A DNA stretch of 63,350 nt, filler included, from Octopus bimaculoides (GCF_001194135.2; 6 parts of 6 records of this genome joined end to end with filler, not necessarily neighbours in it), one strand, 5' to 3'. Numbered from the whole stretch's first letter, positions 23,861 through 37,302 are shown. Translations and numbers: made by a program. The notes: generated by a model not told the origin, from the sequence alone.

Positions 23861-24593
23861 ACGGGCTTCTTTCAGTTTTCGAGGCTAAATGAAGACACTT
23901 GCCCAAGGTGCCATGCAGTGGGACTGAACCCGGAACCATGTGGTTGAGAAGCTAGCTTCTTACCGCACACCCACTCCTGGGCCTATATGAATATATAATT
24001 CACGAATAGCAAAAGGAAAACCCAAATCTCCCATGGTGAGGTTAGAACGCAAGAATTTAAGAGTTGTAACTAACTACACTAAATCAATTCATCCGACCGT
24101 CTTAGAGTTTTCGGTACGCTCCTAATCGGCAGAGAATCAGGCATCAATTTGATTCAACTATTTACCTGTTTATAGGTCGATAAAACAAGCAGAGTGTGAC
24201 CGATTCATTCAGCCGCAGAAAAGCTATTTCATACATTAGCCGTTTGTCTAACTATGCACGCACGCGCGCGCGGAGGCACACACGCACACGCACGCACACG
24301 CACGCACACATACACACACGCAAACTCAAACACACATGCAATATATATCGAGGTGATGGTTGAAGCGTTTGAATATGCAATCATATTGAAGAGTGCTCAA
24401 TACGTTTCAATGTAATAAAATACATTTCATTGAAGATTGAAATTTCAAATTACCGAAAATTTTACAAGTCGCTATCCGAAGTTTTAGAGTACGATACTGG
24501 TTTCAAGTATTTTGGCACCAGGTCAACAATTTTGAGGGAAGGGCTAAGTTAATTCCATCGACTCCAGAGCTCGACTGGTATATATGTGTGTGT

Positions 24594-24625
<32 letters not shown>

Positions 24626-24658
24626 ATACATGTATATATGTATGTATATATACACATG

Positions 24659-25410
24659 CAGGGTGCGGTGAATAAACTGTCGTCTAAATTATAGAGAGAT
24701 GAAAATGACAATGACATCTCATTTTAACAAATGTATTTATCAAAATTACATAATAATTACCTTGAAATACTAAAGAGTAAATTTATTCAATAAAATCAGC
24801 ATTGGCTTCAGTCACGGCCTCCAGACAACTTCGGAATCTCCTGCAATTCTTCTGGACGGTCACCTGTTGGTGAATAAATGCTACCATAATCCTTGCCTTC
24901 GGTTCATCTTTGTTGTAACAAGTTTTGTTGGTCTCTCGCTCAACTCTACCGAACACATTAGTATCAAGCGGGTTGCAGCTTGGGCAGTTAGGTGGTTAGA
25001 TGTCACGGAAATTATCAGACAGCCATGACTTGGTGTTCCAGCTTGTGTGGCATGGTAGAGCCACCCTTTTGACCAAGGGCAGAACTACTTCCTTCAAGTA
25101 CTTGATGTAGGTCTCCTTGTTGATAGTGAGGCCATGTGTGAAGAAGAATGCAGGCATAACGTGGCCATCACTAGTAATCGTTCCAAACACCATGACGCTG
25201 GTTGCATATTTGATTTTTATTACTCTCGGTACTTGTTCTCAGACTGCACCGTCCTCAACTGACACACAAAATCTTTGAAATGTTCGTATTGGAGCTTCCG
25301 GTGCAGTATAGCATGTCGGTTCCAAATTTCTAGCAGAGTAAATTGTGTTATGGTGCTGGTTTGTTTTTCTCAAAGACGGTGCCCAACTGATACTACTGTA
25401 CTTTGTAGTC
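24659..25410 (-). mobile_element. Decayed maT/mori-like (DD37D-type) transposon, 3' part
   Basis: MVFGTITSDGHVMPAFFF...I*PPNCPSCNPLD...VERETNK...RFRSCLEAVTEANADFIE*. TIR-like CAGGGTG at 24659. Confidence 0.85.
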
Positions 25411-25506
25411 TGCAAAATCAAAAATAAACAATGCGCGAAATGAAAATCATAAAATGGCGAAATTTAATATATATATATATATACATACATACACACACAG
25501 AAACAG

Positions 25507-25625
<119 letters not shown>

Positions 25626-25747
25626 TATATAGGTACTCACCCACCCAAACACACACACACATATATATCATAAATTACGACAAATACATGTATATATATT
25701 TATGTCTATATATATGTAAGCAAATATATAAAAACATAAATATATGT

Positions 25748-25788
<41 letters not shown>

Positions 25789-26145
25789 TGCGCGTGTGTA
25801 CATATCTTTTATATTTTATCTATGCTATTTCACTTGTTTCAGTAATAAGTCTGCAGATATGCTGGTGCACCGCCTCGAAGAATTTTTGTAGAACGAAAGG
25901 ACCCCAGTATTTTAAATTTGTTCAGCCTGCAGCCTATTCTATCGAACCACATGAGTTACGTGGATACAAACAAACCAGCACCTCAAGCGTTGATAAAGCA
26001 GAAAGACAAAGACACGTATAAACAAAGACACATATGTGTGTGTGTATGTATGCGTGTATGTGTGCACGTATATATATGCTTTTATATGTATATGTGTATA
26101 TNNNNNNNNNNNNNNNNNNNNNNNNNNNNNNNNNNNNNNNNNNNN

Positions 26146-26157
26146 TTAATTAATTAA
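26146..26157. other. Artificial scaffold-join spacer TTAATTAATTAA (also 32050-32061, 38152-38163, 55266-55277, 60907-60918)
   Basis: Identical 12-mer with stops in all six frames, each centred in 44 N + 12 + 44 N = 100 bp. Confidence 0.95.
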
Positions 26158-27483
26158 NNNNNNNNNNNNNNNNNNNNNNNNNNNNNNNNNNNNNNNNNNN
26201 NTAATTATTACAAATTAAAAGGGTAAAGGAATTATCAATTTATTAATTAATAAATCAATTAATAATTAATAATTTTTACCAAGCCCAACGGTATGAAAGC
26301 ACCATTATTGGTGGGGAACTTATTCAAAAAGAGTTTATATATTTATAAATATAATTAAGGGATCAGCAAAATATTTGCTTCACCACATACCAAAGTTCAG
26401 AAAAATAGCAGCTAAAAAAGCTGAGGATCTCACAGATATATATATATATATATATATACGACGGTCTTCTTTCAGTTTCAGTCAACCAAATCCACTCGCA
26501 AGGCTTTGGTCGGCCCGTGGCTATAGCAGAAGACAGTTGCCCAAAGTACCACGTGGTTCGTTAGCAAGCTACGCTACTCCTACGCCTATATATCTCTTCT
26601 TAAAGAATATCCATCAGAAGAATAGCAGATCGTTAAATCCTAATCATTGAATGTATACCACATTTTATGCAATTAGTCATGGTTGGACAGGTATAGTTGC
26701 AATGTTACTCGATATATGACGTGTAACTCTATACTAAACAAATTATTCCTTTATTTCAATTAAATATTTTTCTCGTGCACCAATTTACATGATGCTGCCA
26801 TTACTGAGTTAGAATGCTAGAATTTTTAGCGATTATGTATATCCGTTGATGTGTATGCGGTACTTGTTTCTTTTTTTTTTTTTTTCTCTTCTGACGATTG
26901 TTTTGTTTTTGCTTCTGTTGATTGCCTGTTTTGTGACATTACTTAAATTTTCTTTGAACTTATTAGTGCCGAAATTTTTTACATTGTTTTGTTATTATTG
27001 GTCTTATGAGGACAATTGTTTGTATTTTGTTATTTATAAGTTGCAGCTTTTAGCCAATGATTTATAAATAGTGCTTTTGTTTGGTTTTGTTGTATTTTGT
27101 CTAGCTAGTATTTACTTTAGGAAGAAATATATTTTGAAGTGGTTTGAGTTTTCTTTTGTAGACGCTGTTATGAAGATATATATTTGAGTGTTTATTTTCC
27201 TGTTGATGTTTTTCTAATGTTTGAATTTTCTTTTGTTCAAGGTTAAGTAAACGGTTTAAATAATTGTTTCTGTTTTTGTGTATTTTATATATTTTGCGCC
27301 ATCTATTGTATCTATTATTAATGTTTAGGTGATTTTCTTAATGTATTTCATTTATTTTTCATATATGTATGTATTTTTTTATGTATTTCAACAAGACATG
27401 TTATTGTTTGAGCTTTGTTTGGTTTATTCATGTTTAATGAGGATTGATTATTGCAATTCTGCTTCTCCCAATGACAATATTCC

Positions 27484-27551
<68 letters not shown>

Positions 27552-27715
27552 CCAGTAGTTGCCGTTCGTAGTTCTTGACCTAAAGATATCTTTCGAATAG
27601 CAATGTAATATTGTTATATGTAGCGCATATATTGATTTTCTTTTTAAGCGAGTGTACAGGGTGTTCGGGATACATTTGACAATATCTATGTTTCTTTTTC
27701 AGGAACAAGGTGTTC

Positions 27716-28690
27716 CTTTTTCAGGAACACCGATAGTACTTCACCAGTTGGGACTTTGGTTAACACACTTATCATATCTCGACACACCATCTGATTGGAT
27801 TCAATGGGGGTATCCTTGATCAATTCTGTGAAGTGGGTGGAATTTTTCACGTACGATGTTGACTTTCCTGCTAATGGACTGATTATATCCACAAGGAAGC
27901 GGCTCAGTGGATGACATGCTGAACCTCTACAGCTCACTATAGGTCTTAATGGAATACCATTCTTGTGAATCTTAAGGAGACTGTACATGTGTGGTAGTTT
28001 TGTGTAGTGTTCGGGTAGTTGTCTGTACTTCACTGGTGTAAAGTGATACTTGTTCTTGATCAAGATCTGTGACAGCTTCCTCTCCATTTTCAGAGTTGGG
28101 TCTTTCTTTTCTTTACTGTAGCTACCATCACTTATAAGACTTGCCATTTTTTCAGAGTAGTCAGACTTGTTCTTCACCATTGTAGCATTTTCCTTGTCCG
28201 CTGGAAGTATTATGATGGAATTGTCACTCTGTAGTTCTTTGATAGCGAAATTTTCTTCCTTAGTGATATTTGGTTAAGGAAGTTTTGCTTTATCTAGAAC
28301 ATGTCTCGCTTTCCACTTTAGTTCATCTCCCTGAGTCTTTGGCATCTTTATGGCTATCCCCTCAATAGGGGCTATTATGTCCAAGTATGGAATACGCTTC
28401 ATGGTTGTCGTTAAGTTGGGACCTTTATTCAGAGCTTTCTAGATGTCGGTTACTTACATTAATTACTGCTTTTACAGGTGAGTGACGATTGCAGTCTTCA
28501 TTCTCTTACCTTTGACTTTCATAAACGTCTTAATCTGGCGTGTCTTCACCATTTCAAATTATTTCATGTACGACCTTTACATATCATGCTGGATTCTTTT
28601 TCTATCATCATCTCTGGTTATTGTCCTAAGTAATGAAGATAACCTCTCTTTGATTTCGTTGTTTATTTGATGTTTTTTTTCCAACAGTAG
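27716..28690 (-). mobile_element. Penelope-like element (PLE) reverse-transcriptase fragment
   Basis: KAVINVSNRHL, NKGPN, IIILPADKENAT, LPHMYSLLKIHKNGIPLRPIVS, YVKNS and DMISVLTKVP are PLE RT motifs (PADKG, PKIHK, LRPIVS, D..SLFT.VP). Frameshifts and stops upstream. Confidence 0.9.
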
Positions 28691-28714
28691 TAATGGATCC
28701 TCTCACCAAGACAC

Positions 28715-28748
28715 CTGATAAAAGCTAGAGGGGCATATCGGCCGAAAT
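28715..28748 (+). ncRNA. Degenerate hammerhead-ribozyme-like core next to the PLE
   Basis: CTGATAA-AAGCTAGAGGGGCATATCGGCC-GAAAT versus the canonical CTGANGA-stem II-GAAAC. Both boxes are mutated and stem II is imperfect. Confidence 0.4.
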
Positions 28749-28879
28749 GTAGAGTTAACAACAAACAAGATGAGGAAAAATACCCGTCAAATGTAAATAA
28801 TGAAAAACAAATTCATGAAAGGTCAACAACATTTGAGTGTATAATATCGAAGTTGTAGTTAAGAGAAAGTTATCTGGAG

Positions 28880-29095
28880 GACTGAATACTGGAAAATAGT
28901 CATCTATACCATGACAACTGAGACTGGGTATCAAAATGCCGACATTGCGACTACTGCTCAATGCTCTTCGAATACTGGAAAGGTTCTGAGAGCTGATATG
29001 GACAACTGAAACGGAAACTGTGGAAGCAAGAAAAGACAGGACATACATTCTGACAGCGTCTGCATGCCGGAATTCATCCACATAGCTTTAAGCAA
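28880..29095 (+). pseudogene. Possible N-terminal remnant of a maT-like transposase
   Basis: NADIATTAQCSSNT...DIHSDSVCMPEFIH resembles the HTH/RSD..R..EFI region of Tc1/maT transposases as recalled. Confidence 0.4.
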
Positions 29096-29282
29096 TGATT
29101 TAGGCTCAGTTCAGATATCGCTACGTGAAAACTGCTGTAAATTGCGACGAATCACTGGCTGGAAATGTTTACTGCTGGAAGGTCATATGTGTGACAGCAG
29201 CATTCGTCGCCTTCTCATTTCCCTATGTGTAGGACACTGTTGAGAGTACAACCAACCGCTCTGCGTGCAATACCAAGCTGTA

Positions 29283-29469
29283 TCAAGAAGGTGTACTAAG
29301 ATTTTTCAAGAGATACGGTACGAACGCGTGCGCCATATTCTGGAGCCGTCTTGAGATCGTGTCGGAAGCTGGGAGCGGCTGCTTTACGTATACTGGTATC
29401 ACCAGTATATCAGTATACTGGTAGCATCTTTCTACCTCCGCTTTTGAAAACCATAGACATTTGTAAAAC
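29283..29469 (-). CDS. Candidate terminal coding exon (phase 2), unidentified protein
   Basis: Acceptor ttttatttttaaatttaaatgattgttacAG|G; non-repetitive 61-aa frame FYKCLWFSKAEVERCYQYTDILVIPVYVKQPLPASDTISRRLQNMAHAFVPYLLKNLSTPS-stop. Confidence 0.5.
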
Positions 29470-30036
29470 CTGTAACAATCATTTAAATTTAAAAATAAAA
29501 GATCGAAACTCAACTCACCTCATTTTCAACTATATTTTTCTATATTTCTCCCCGTATAGAATATGAGAACTTTGTTTCTTTTATNNNNNNNNNNNNNNNN
29601 NNNNNNNNNNNNNNNNNNNNNNNNNNNNNNNNNNNNNNNNNNNNNNTATATATATAAGAGGATAATTTTATAACTTCGTTAAACCGAAACGCAATATCGT
29701 CACACCGAAGAGCAAAAATAAAAACATGACTGTAGCTAGACGTACTCCGGAGACACCGGGACGAAAGAAGAATTAAATTGAAAGGTATAATGAATAAACA
29801 CTCCAATCGGTCACAACAACTTTATATCATTCCCAAATTATTAAAAATCGAATATAAAAGTATATATTAAAATAATAGTAAAAACAATAGTATAAAAAAA
29901 TGCACGAACAAAAGGTGATAAAACCTAAAGGGGTAATACGAGTGAAGTCGAATGAAGAAAAATATATGGAATAAATTAATGGATAATTAATGCGACTAAA
30001 AGTCTAAGGCAATGTATCTAAAATAATATAAATATA

Positions 30037-30631
30037 GTGATGGTTTGTTGCCAGTCTCTCGATGCTGGCTTTGCTGGGTGGAGATGCTTATCTCCCCTGT
30101 TTGAAAACATAAGGCCATAGTACGCCTGTGTCACATAGCCAACTGGAAAGGGTGTTTCCTAGAGCTAAATAGCAGTAGCATTCTTCCTTTTACTGGGACT
30201 GCAGCATTAAACTGGCAACAACCATCACTTTATCGTGCTACGACTGCATAAATCTCACTGAGATTTAGAAATGTAATATTTTTTATTTTGTAGATCAGTG
30301 AATTTATTTCGTTTGAAATCTATGTTTTCAAAAGTGAATAAGCATCGAAAGCTAGTAAACAAACTACTCCAGACTGGTGAAAAGCAATGACTCTGAAACT
30401 AGTCTCTGGATGCTGGTTTTGCTGGGTGCAGGTGCTTATCTCCCCAGTTTGAAAACATAAGTATGCAGTACCCTTGTGTTACATAGCTAACTGGAAACGA
30501 TGTTTCCTAGGGCTAAATAGCAGTAGCTTTCTTCCTGTTCATGGGACTGCCACATTAAGCTGGCAACAACCATCACTTTATTGTGCTGCTACTGTATAAA
30601 TCTCTCTGAGAGATTTAGAAATGTAATATTT
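30037..30631. repeat. Two tandem about 230-bp copies of an unclassified repeat (third copy at about 13895-14075)
   Basis: 30053-30281 aligns with 30401-30631. The first copy is enclosed by an 18/19-bp inverted repeat (30037-30055 and 30211-30228). Confidence 0.85.
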
Positions 30632-31029
30632 CTAATATAAATATGTAAAAATTACAAGTGTTTTTATATAAAAAATAAGGTGTAAGGCAACCAGAAGGAA
30701 GTCTATTCAAGCCCATGTCTACGATCGCATACATATATGCATCTAAATGAATGCGCACGTGTGTGTATGTGTATATGTGCATATGTGTTTATGCGTATAT
30801 GCGTATAAGTGAGCATAAGTGTGCGTGTTTTGCGTACATGCTCGTCCAAGCGTGCGTTTGCAGACCTGCGAGTGCGCGCCCATGTACACATTCGGACACT
30901 CGTATCAGTATACACCTGCACACAAATCTATATGAGCACTTCTGCACACCAACATATAAAACTATATACTTGCACATGCCACCCCTTTTTACTTACCCCA
31001 ACCAACAACAACCTCACTGACTTCTAATC

Positions 31030-31215
31030 TATTTCCTGTTCACCATGCAGTATTTTCCAACTAACTGTTCCCCGTATACCAACATCGAACTACGACAACA
31101 TGTGACCGCCTCGACCAATCGCAGACTACCCTACGGTAATAACAATCAACTTTTGTCATTCAAATTCAAAACGGCTGACGATTAGCATCGCGCTGGAAAC
31201 TCAAGAATACCATAT
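31030..31215. repeat. Unclassified interspersed repeat (shared with about 40165-40262)
   Basis: ATTCAAAA(C/T)GGCTGA(C/T)GA(T/C)TAGCATC(G/A)CGCT..AAACTCAAGA(A/G)TACCA occurs at both sites. Confidence 0.65.
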
Positions 31216-34200
31216 ATGTAGGTATACTAGCGGAACCCGGGAATATTTCATGGAATTAATAGTAAACGTAACTCGCTATTTCCGAAAACTTTATCCAAAA
31301 AAACGGAAAGCGTAACTTGTGTTGTGTCTGTATGGAAAGATATTCACTCACCTGCTACTCATTGAAAAGTGAAATAAATTGGAATACGATGAAGAAATTG
31401 GAATACGATGAGTTCTATGAAGTTCTCTTTCCTAGTCTCTTTCCTTGTGACATAATGCATTTTATATTACTTAATACACTTTATATATACAATTTATATA
31501 CATTATGGACAATTTTATACATTTAATACACAGCACTTAAAGAATAAATATTCACTCTTAGCTTTTTCTATTTTTCCCATTAAGAAAAAAAAAAGAAAGA
31601 TATCCTGTACATATGGCACAACCTTTAGTTAAATTGCATATGCTTGCCACGTAAATATCTCACAGAATTGCATTTATGCACATATGTTAAGTGATAGGTG
31701 ATATAAAAAAAAAAAACTTTGTTCATTTTTAAAAAAATGCATTTTCACTACCCCGTCATCACCATCATCACCACCACTACCACCACCACCATCATCATTT
31801 CTCTCACCCTCAATCCTCTCTCCCCTCTCTGTGTACCTTTCTTTAACATCACCATCAGAGCCATCACCCTTCTTCTAAAATTATTACGGCTCCCTACCAC
31901 CCATCATAGACGCTTCTTTCTCCCTCTTTTTTATTTTTCCTCTCCTTCCCTTCAAATAATCACGTGAAAGTGTTGGAATTACATTCCCTCTGCCTCACGT
32001 TGTGGNNNNNNNNNNNNNNNNNNNNNNNNNNNNNNNNNNNNNNNNNNNNTTAATTAATTAANNNNNNNNNNNNNNNNNNNNNNNNNNNNNNNNNNNNNNN
32101 NNNNNATATATATATATATACGTATGTGTGTCAAACGTAAAGGTGAGTGCCTTAATAGTGAAAGCTTTCGACTCTTGAGCGAATTGCTCTAAGTTCAATT
32201 CTCAGCACTGGCGACGCGTTTTGTCATTCAGCAATGCGCTACAGGTTCGTGATGCCCTAGTCTACCTGGCTGCATATGCGTATCTACCGGAGGTCGTTGT
32301 AGCTATTTATTTATTACAGTCACTCCATTGATGTCTTTGTGCGTAGGTACGTCTAGAGCGTGCCTATGAGAGGTTGCGATTCCTTGAGCACCTTAGAACA
32401 ATTAATGAGATGATTAATACAAGACACGATATAAGATCATGATATATATGTGTGTGTGTATGTGTGTGTATTTCGCATTTGTATTTGAATGCAAGACTCT
32501 TAATGTGAATTCGTATGTTCTCTTTTAGTGCCTCATTATTTAACACACTCACCGTTTTGATTTCCACTTATTTATCTTTTCTAAAATCTTCGTTGCATCT
32601 TGCAACCTTTTCAATAGTCGTTGATTCTGTCCGTTATAGTTTCATCACTCCATTTCTTTTAACATTAGCAACAGTTTTATCCTAACAATAATACTTTGCT
32701 GGGTGCATAAAATCGTAACTCCATACACACATGATGTTTTCAGTCAGAAATAATTTTGCAAGACTGTCGTATGTGGGACTTTCGAAAGATGGTAAACTGT
32801 GACATCAATTTGGCATCAATTTTAAAGTAAACAAATGAAGAATAATTGCTCTTTTCCACATGCCTTAAGAGACAGGTGATATAAAAATTGAAAAAAAAAT
32901 AAACTACACTTTTCACTACCTACGCACTACCGCCACCACCAACATCATCCACACCACCAACAACATTCTCATCCCCACCACCATTACCAACACTTTCATT
33001 GCCACCACCACCACCATCACATTCACCACTACTGCCACTACAACCACCATCAGAACAGTCTTCAGTAACAAAGCTTAATCTAATCTGTTTCCCAACCAAG
33101 ATTATTTTCTCTTCATTTCAGTTCAGTTCAACTATTTGTTTACATTTATTTTTCTTACTGTCGATGTATCTATCCCGTCTGACAATACAAATTCAAAGAA
33201 CAAATTTTAAAAAAAAACTATAGCACACACGGCTCTTTTGCTAATTTATTTCACATTCATTGAAAAATCTTTCTACCTATGACAATCTTATCATTTTATT
33301 TTATAGAACCCTTCTTTCCACTGTCTACCCATCGATATAGTTGCCAATGTTAACAGACTGATAAATAGATTGACACATATAAAACACTGAATATAAAAAT
33401 GTTTATTTTTTTATCATTTTTTTTGTTAGCCACAATAATATATGATGTTTAACGTTTCCCTCTGCTAATCATTTCATAGTTCTCTCCTTTTCCTTCCCAC
33501 CTCGTACATCAGGAAATTTTTAATCATGTAATTCCCCTCTTCGCGTCCTTATCGACTCTCGTTTTCTTCTTCTTCACCTCTTACTTTCACTAACCTCGTA
33601 ACTTTGTAATACATTGGCTCACGTTTCATCACTACTCTTTATCTTACTTCCAATGTAATTGTCTCATCTTTCTCTATCCTCACTTCTTTAACCGCATCAC
33701 CACTACAACTTTGCTACACATTGCATTGTTATCTCTCTTTCTCCATATATCTCTCTCTCTTCTACTAACCTTTTAGCCGCGTAATATCTATTACTTAGCC
33801 TGACTCATGTCGTAAGCTTTCTCTTTTTTCTCTCCCTTTTCGCCTCACCCTTCAACTAACAATCATATGAGAGTGTAACGCAAAGAGTCTTAGTACATTA
33901 ATATATAGATTCATGATTGAAGTTTGCTATAATAAGTTTTATTTAATTCAATTTAATTTAATTTAGTTTTATTTCTCAAATTGAAATAATTGGGCATGGA
34001 AACAATTGTAGGTGCTAAGTGTTTCTTTTCGTTTGGAATTAAATATGTTCTAATAAATTGCTGTCTATATCCCAAACTGTGCGTTTTCTTTTCTCATACA
34101 TCAACAAATATGTATATATATATANNNNNNNNNNNNNNNNNNNNNNNNNNNNNNNNNNNNNNNNNNNNNNNNNNNNNNNNNNNNNNNNNNNNNNNNNNNN

Positions 34201-35644
34201 NNNNNNNNNNNNNNNNNNNNNNNNNNNNNNNNNNNNNNNNNNNNNNNNNNNNNNNNNNNNNNNNNNNNNNNNNNNNNNNNNNNNNNNNNNNNNNNNNNNN
34301 NNNNNNNNNNNNNNNNNNNNNNNNNNNNNNNNNNNNNNNNNNNNNNNNNNNNNNNNNNNNNNNNNNNNNNNNNNNNNNNNNNNNNNNNNNNNNNNNTATA
34401 TATATATATATATATATTCATATATGTGTATGTGTATGACTATATATATGTTTCAGTGTGTAAATGGCGTGCACATTTGAATGGCCAGATCTATAGTTGG
34501 AACAGCTAATGCCATATTGACGACTCCATTAACTCTAAGCTTGATAGAGGATAGTAATTCCTTCACATTGGCACCTACGGTTCAGGCAACGTGTTTAGAA
34601 TGATACTCCACGTTTTATAGTCAATATACGCAGTTGTGAATATGTCAAGGATTATCATGCAAATAAATAAATAAATAAATAAATAAATAAATAGATAATC
34701 TGCTGTCTCAATATTGATCAAAGAAGATGGCCTGTATGGCAAATGATGACATGATGATGATGACGATGATGATGATGATGATGATGATTTTGGTGGTGGT
34801 AGTGGTGAATGTGGGGGGAGAATGGTGGTGGTGGTGGTAATGGTGGTGGTGGTGGCGGTGGTGATAATGGTGCTGTTGTTATTCGCGGTGGTGGTGGTGA
34901 AGAATGCAGAGATGATAACAATGGTGTTGCTGATATTGACAATGACGATGTTGATAAAGGATAATGATGATGATGGTGATGATGATGATGACGAGTATGA
35001 TAATGATGATAATGATGTCGATGCTGTTGAAGAAGGTGAAGAAGGAAAAGAATATGGAGATGGGAAAGCGGATAGTCTAAGAGGATACATGTATATAAAC
35101 GTATATGAATATATGCGCATATACATGTATACACTCACACACATACAGAGTCAAGTTCACAATTTAAAGCAAATACTATTGTTTGTTTCCTCTCAAATGT
35201 AACACGTAAACATATCTTCGTGTAAGTCCTTAAACATAGATTCTATTCCATGACGTAGGTCTATCGTTTGATTAATACAGACTTTTTCCAAATAATAATA
35301 AAAATCTTTTAAATGTACTTGAATTAGTAAAATACTTTTATTTCAGATTTCAGAAATTTATATTATTTTAGAGATGTTTTCGTTGTTTAGTTAGATTAGA
35401 ATCTTTTTTTCATTTTTTTCTTCCATATCTTTTAGCCTAAGGTTTAGCGCTACTTGTAATTGTTGCTGGTATTGTTTGTTTGTTTGTTTGTTTGTTTTTT
35501 GTGTTTGCTACATAAGACTGAAATTAAGAATCTTCACAAGCAAATGCTAATTTCGTGTTTCTATGAAATGTTTTTTTTGTTTCAACAAAAGTAAAAACAC
35601 CAACAACTGCGTGTCAACAAAACTCATTAACACTTTGTAGTAAC

Positions 35645-35842
35645 AAGGTGGTGAGATGGCAGAATTGTAACTGTGCCGGACAAAACATATTGCTGTACTT
35701 GTTCCGGGTCTTTACATTTCAGGTTCAAATACTGCCACAGTCAGCTTGCTTTTTATCCTTTTGGGATCGATAAAACAATAAACGATTCAAATACTGAGGT
35801 TTCTTTAATCGAGCAACCTCCCTCCCTTGTGCCAAAATGTCC
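35645..35842 (+). mobile_element. Diverged SINE A
   Basis: AAGGTGGTGAGATGGCAGAATTGT head, GGTTCAAAT B-box-like motif and TTTTATCCTTTTGGGATCGATAAA body. Confidence 0.75.
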
Positions 35843-36590
35843 TTGCTTGCTTCATGTCCTTAGTGGACCAGTGACGTCACTGTGCGTAGAACTGACCAGA
35901 TCCACCAGCGCTCCCAAATTGCTGGTGATCCCGCACCAACCCCGCTGTATCCTACAAGAGGTCTTCCTTAATCACGTCCCACCATCTGGTGCGGGGCTTA
36001 CCATGGAACAAATTCCAACATTTAGATGTTGCGTCGAATGAGCGTAAATCTCTGGAAGGATGATCTGGCAATGGATGGAGGACCTGTCCGTACCAACGCA
36101 TGCGGCGTATAAGTGGGAGACGATGCGTCTCCGCAGGTAGTTCTTTGTTGGAATGGTGATGGTATCATCTGATATTATCAATGGTTCTCAGGGCTTTGCT
36201 GTCAAAGCAGTGGATCCTCTTTGTCAGGATCTTCGTGCGAAGCCATATTTCTGCTCCATAGAGAAGAACGGAGAGGACGGACGTGTTGTAGATGCGAATC
36301 TTCCTTATTTGACAGATAAAGCAATACCGTCAAAGAGACTTCGACTTCCATAGGGACCCCACCTGCCAGACAACATCTGCGGTTCATATTCTGAGTCAGG
36401 TGACCATTGCTGGTGACAGTGGAGCCCAGGTAGGGAAAGAACCTGACAAATTCTACGACGTCAGAGCCCATATGAAGAGGCGGTGTGTCCGGGCCTACTA
36501 CTGACACTACTTCCTTCATTTCTCCCTTGAAATTATCTCCTCCTTCCTGTCTTATGGCTTGACCTCTTAATCCTACACACATCTTCCACT
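35843..36590 (-). mobile_element. 5'-truncated, decayed RTE-clade LINE (RT C-terminus and 3' end)
   Basis: FPYLGSTVTSNG; IRIYNTSVLSVLLYGAEIW; RRMRWYGQVLH; GKPRTRWWDVIKEDL; short AAGC tandem tail. Confidence 0.9.
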
Positions 36591-36791
36591 CACTTCGGAC
36601 TGTCCTTTAAGTAAACAACGCACAGAGTAAACTGGATACGATATGATATATAGCCACTATTTCAATTATAAACATCACTGGAAAATACCCACACGGATTT
36701 TATACGTGGATATTTACTGTTGGAATGGAACTATACTCCAAGTACTTTTTCTTCTTTGTTTTTTCTTCTCCGCATCGCTCTCATTTCTTAC

Positions 36792-36879
36792 TGAAAATTT
36801 CCTCAGATAGATGTAATAATCCATTCTTCTACTATTACCTTCTCCGATGAAGGGATACATCGAATTTTCCCTGAAACAG
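36792..36879 (-). CDS. Candidate exon (phase 2 to 0)
   Basis: gtcttacAG| (or tgtttcAG| at 36870) ...TCA|GTAAGA; CFRENSMYPFIGEGNSRRMDYYIYLRKFS. An alternative donor AAG|GTAATA is also present. Confidence 0.3.
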
Positions 36880-36965
36880 CTGTAAGACACGTCCATGTTA
36901 TATTCATCATTCATGTTACAACCACATATGGGACAAAACTAGTCGGTATACACCACTTCATAACG

Positions 36966-37004
<39 letters not shown>

Positions 37005-37157
37005 TATGAAATATGAAATGTTCTTTTTCTTATTAAAATATTTATTACATATCGAACACATATTCCTGTTGGCTTATTCGAAATTCATCATTTAATTTAT
37101 ATCAATGACAATTAATAATGAAATGATTACTGGATGAGCATCATCTAGTGTTCTTAC

Positions 37158-37205
37158 CTTCGTCATGGATGTCATATTTTGGTTGTTCCTTTCGTTGCAA
37201 CGTAG
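37158..37205 (-). CDS. Candidate 48-nt exon (frame unresolved)
   Basis: ccaatttgcAG|...GAAG|GTAAGA. Open in phase 1 (TLQRKEQPKYDIHDE) and phase 0, but contains a stop in phase 2. Confidence 0.35.
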
Positions 37206-37302
37206 CTGCAAATTGGAACAGATTAACCAGATATATGGTAAAAGGTCTTTTCAGATATAGCATTTCTACAACTCCATTACCTACAATGGCTTTTATTCTT
37301 TT

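Noticed and set aside
31352-31431. Strong minus-strand donor CAG|GTGAGT at 31352
   Set aside because: No adequate polypyrimidine acceptor upstream, and the sequence contains a short direct repeat.
32585-32620. Minus-strand TTGAAAA-GGTTGC-AAGAT-GCAAC-GAAG as a second hammerhead
   Set aside because: A stem is present, but three core nucleotides deviate; insufficient.
33329-33357. 29-nt phase 0 to 2 exon (SVNIGNYIDG) that would link 36792 to 29469
   Set aside because: Weak donor (GTAGAC); found only by searching for a fitting phase, so likely chance.
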